Below are positions 35,790 to 36,854 of a stretch of DNA of 36,854 nt, piece by piece (within the stretch, counting starts at the first letter, position 1; each line of letters opens with the position of its first letter). The position numbers and the translations under genes are program-made. Under the pieces are notes generated by a model that saw only the letters and a program-made list of their open reading frames with translations, had not been told where the DNA came from and did not search any database. Origin of the DNA: Nemertoderma westbladi (Eukaryota > Animalia > Xenacoelomorpha); the NCBI GenBank assembly GCA_032718475.1, contig JAUCBJ010005996.1, positions 1-36,854 on the forward strand, in the 5' to 3' direction.

Positions 35790-36203
35790 AGGGATGCCAG
35801 CTTCCAGACTTTCAATCTTTACTGCCACGCAAACCCCGCAGAGGAAGTTTTGGTTTGAGAGATCAAGCCCATCGGCAATTGGTGTTTCAATTTCGGTCCA
35901 GGAACTCTGACAATGGGAGCATTCAATCTTAGCTGTGGTCCATTCCCGTGGTTTCGGCTTCCTTTTCTTCGTCCCAATGACAGATTCTTCTGAAGACGTT
36001 CGATTCGCTTTCAGTTTATTGTTGGCGTTTGTGTTTTGAAGTTGTATTCGAGTGGACAGTCGCGCCGGTTTCGAGGTAACCGCTTTCAGTTTATTGTTGG
36101 CGTTTGTGTTTTGAAGTTGTATTCGAGTGGACAGTCGCGCCGGTTTCGAGGTAACCATACCGACCTGTGATAAGCGTTGGTTTTGTTGAGTGTCGGTATT
36201 CAT
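35790..36203 (-). pseudogene. Possible LINE (CR1/L2-type) ORF1 N-terminus with a C4 zinc finger, truncated
   Basis: IECSHC..W...FLCGVC...KIESLE resembles the zinc finger/leucine zipper start of CR1-group ORF1. The frame turns into YYYY low-complexity sequence near 35790. Confidence 0.45.
36006..36155. repeat. Exact 75-bp tandem duplication
   Basis: 36006-36080 equals 36081-36155, in frame with the minus-strand ORF. Confidence 0.97.
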
Positions 36204-36854
36204 CTTCTCTCACCTCTCCAATGTCAGATGTTGCAAATACGAATAACGGTATATATTTCAATACTTGTCAATAGTAATATAGATAATTTAGATAACTATT
36301 TTATATCTGTACTGTTGAGCAAACTCTACATAAATTCCAACCTGTGTATCGCCGGTAGGGCTGTTGCTGTGCAATTGCTGAAGAGCTAGTTGCCACCGGT
36401 CAGCCGGTACTGGTAGTAGGGTGGTACCTACGGTGCGCACTACAACGGCAGTACAGCAATACGGTGTACCGTGCCAATGACTGAATGATTAGCGGTAACT
36501 ATCTAAACTATTATATTATTATTACCGGTGCCGGTACTGGGCTATTAGGCCTAAACTATAATCACCGCAAGGGTTGCCGAGGGCCATGTTTAATTAGATT
36601 ACATGATATGGCATGTCTGCAGTGTATGGTACCGGCTGACCAGTATTGCAGTATTGACTGATTGCAGGATTCTCGATTCAGGGATTGAGTACAGCCTGAC
36701 AGTACCGGTACACATGGTACATGCAGACAGCCCCAATGTATTGCAAAATTTGTCAGAAACCCAGCTGATTTATCCTACAGTAATAATAATTTAACGCATT
36801 TTAAATTTGGATAAATAAATTTATTATAACTGCAATAACAGTTACACTGATGCT

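Overview
Eukaryotic, probably invertebrate, transposon-dense region with no host gene. From left to right: (1) a 380-bp tandem array (about 2.3 units) whose minus strand carries a tRNA-derived Pol III promoter next to a minimal type I hammerhead ribozyme, i.e. a retrozyme/SINE-like unit; (2) a 5'-truncated, decayed BEL/Pao LTR retrotransposon (BEL-1); (3) a near-perfect triple tandem duplication of 3.59 kb; (4) a 5'-truncated CR1/L2-group LINE inserted in the leader of (5) a second, very divergent and nearly complete but decayed BEL/Pao element (BEL-2); (6) a possible LINE ORF1 fragment. The main observation is that both BEL/Pao elements carry a homologous extra gene after the integrase, where env would sit. 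It encodes a WRN/RNase D-type DEDDy 3'-5' exonuclease fused to three CCHC zinc knuckles and is flanked by long hairpin-rich spacers. Paired LTRs and target-site duplications could not be demonstrated. All assignments come from motif reading by eye, with no database searches.
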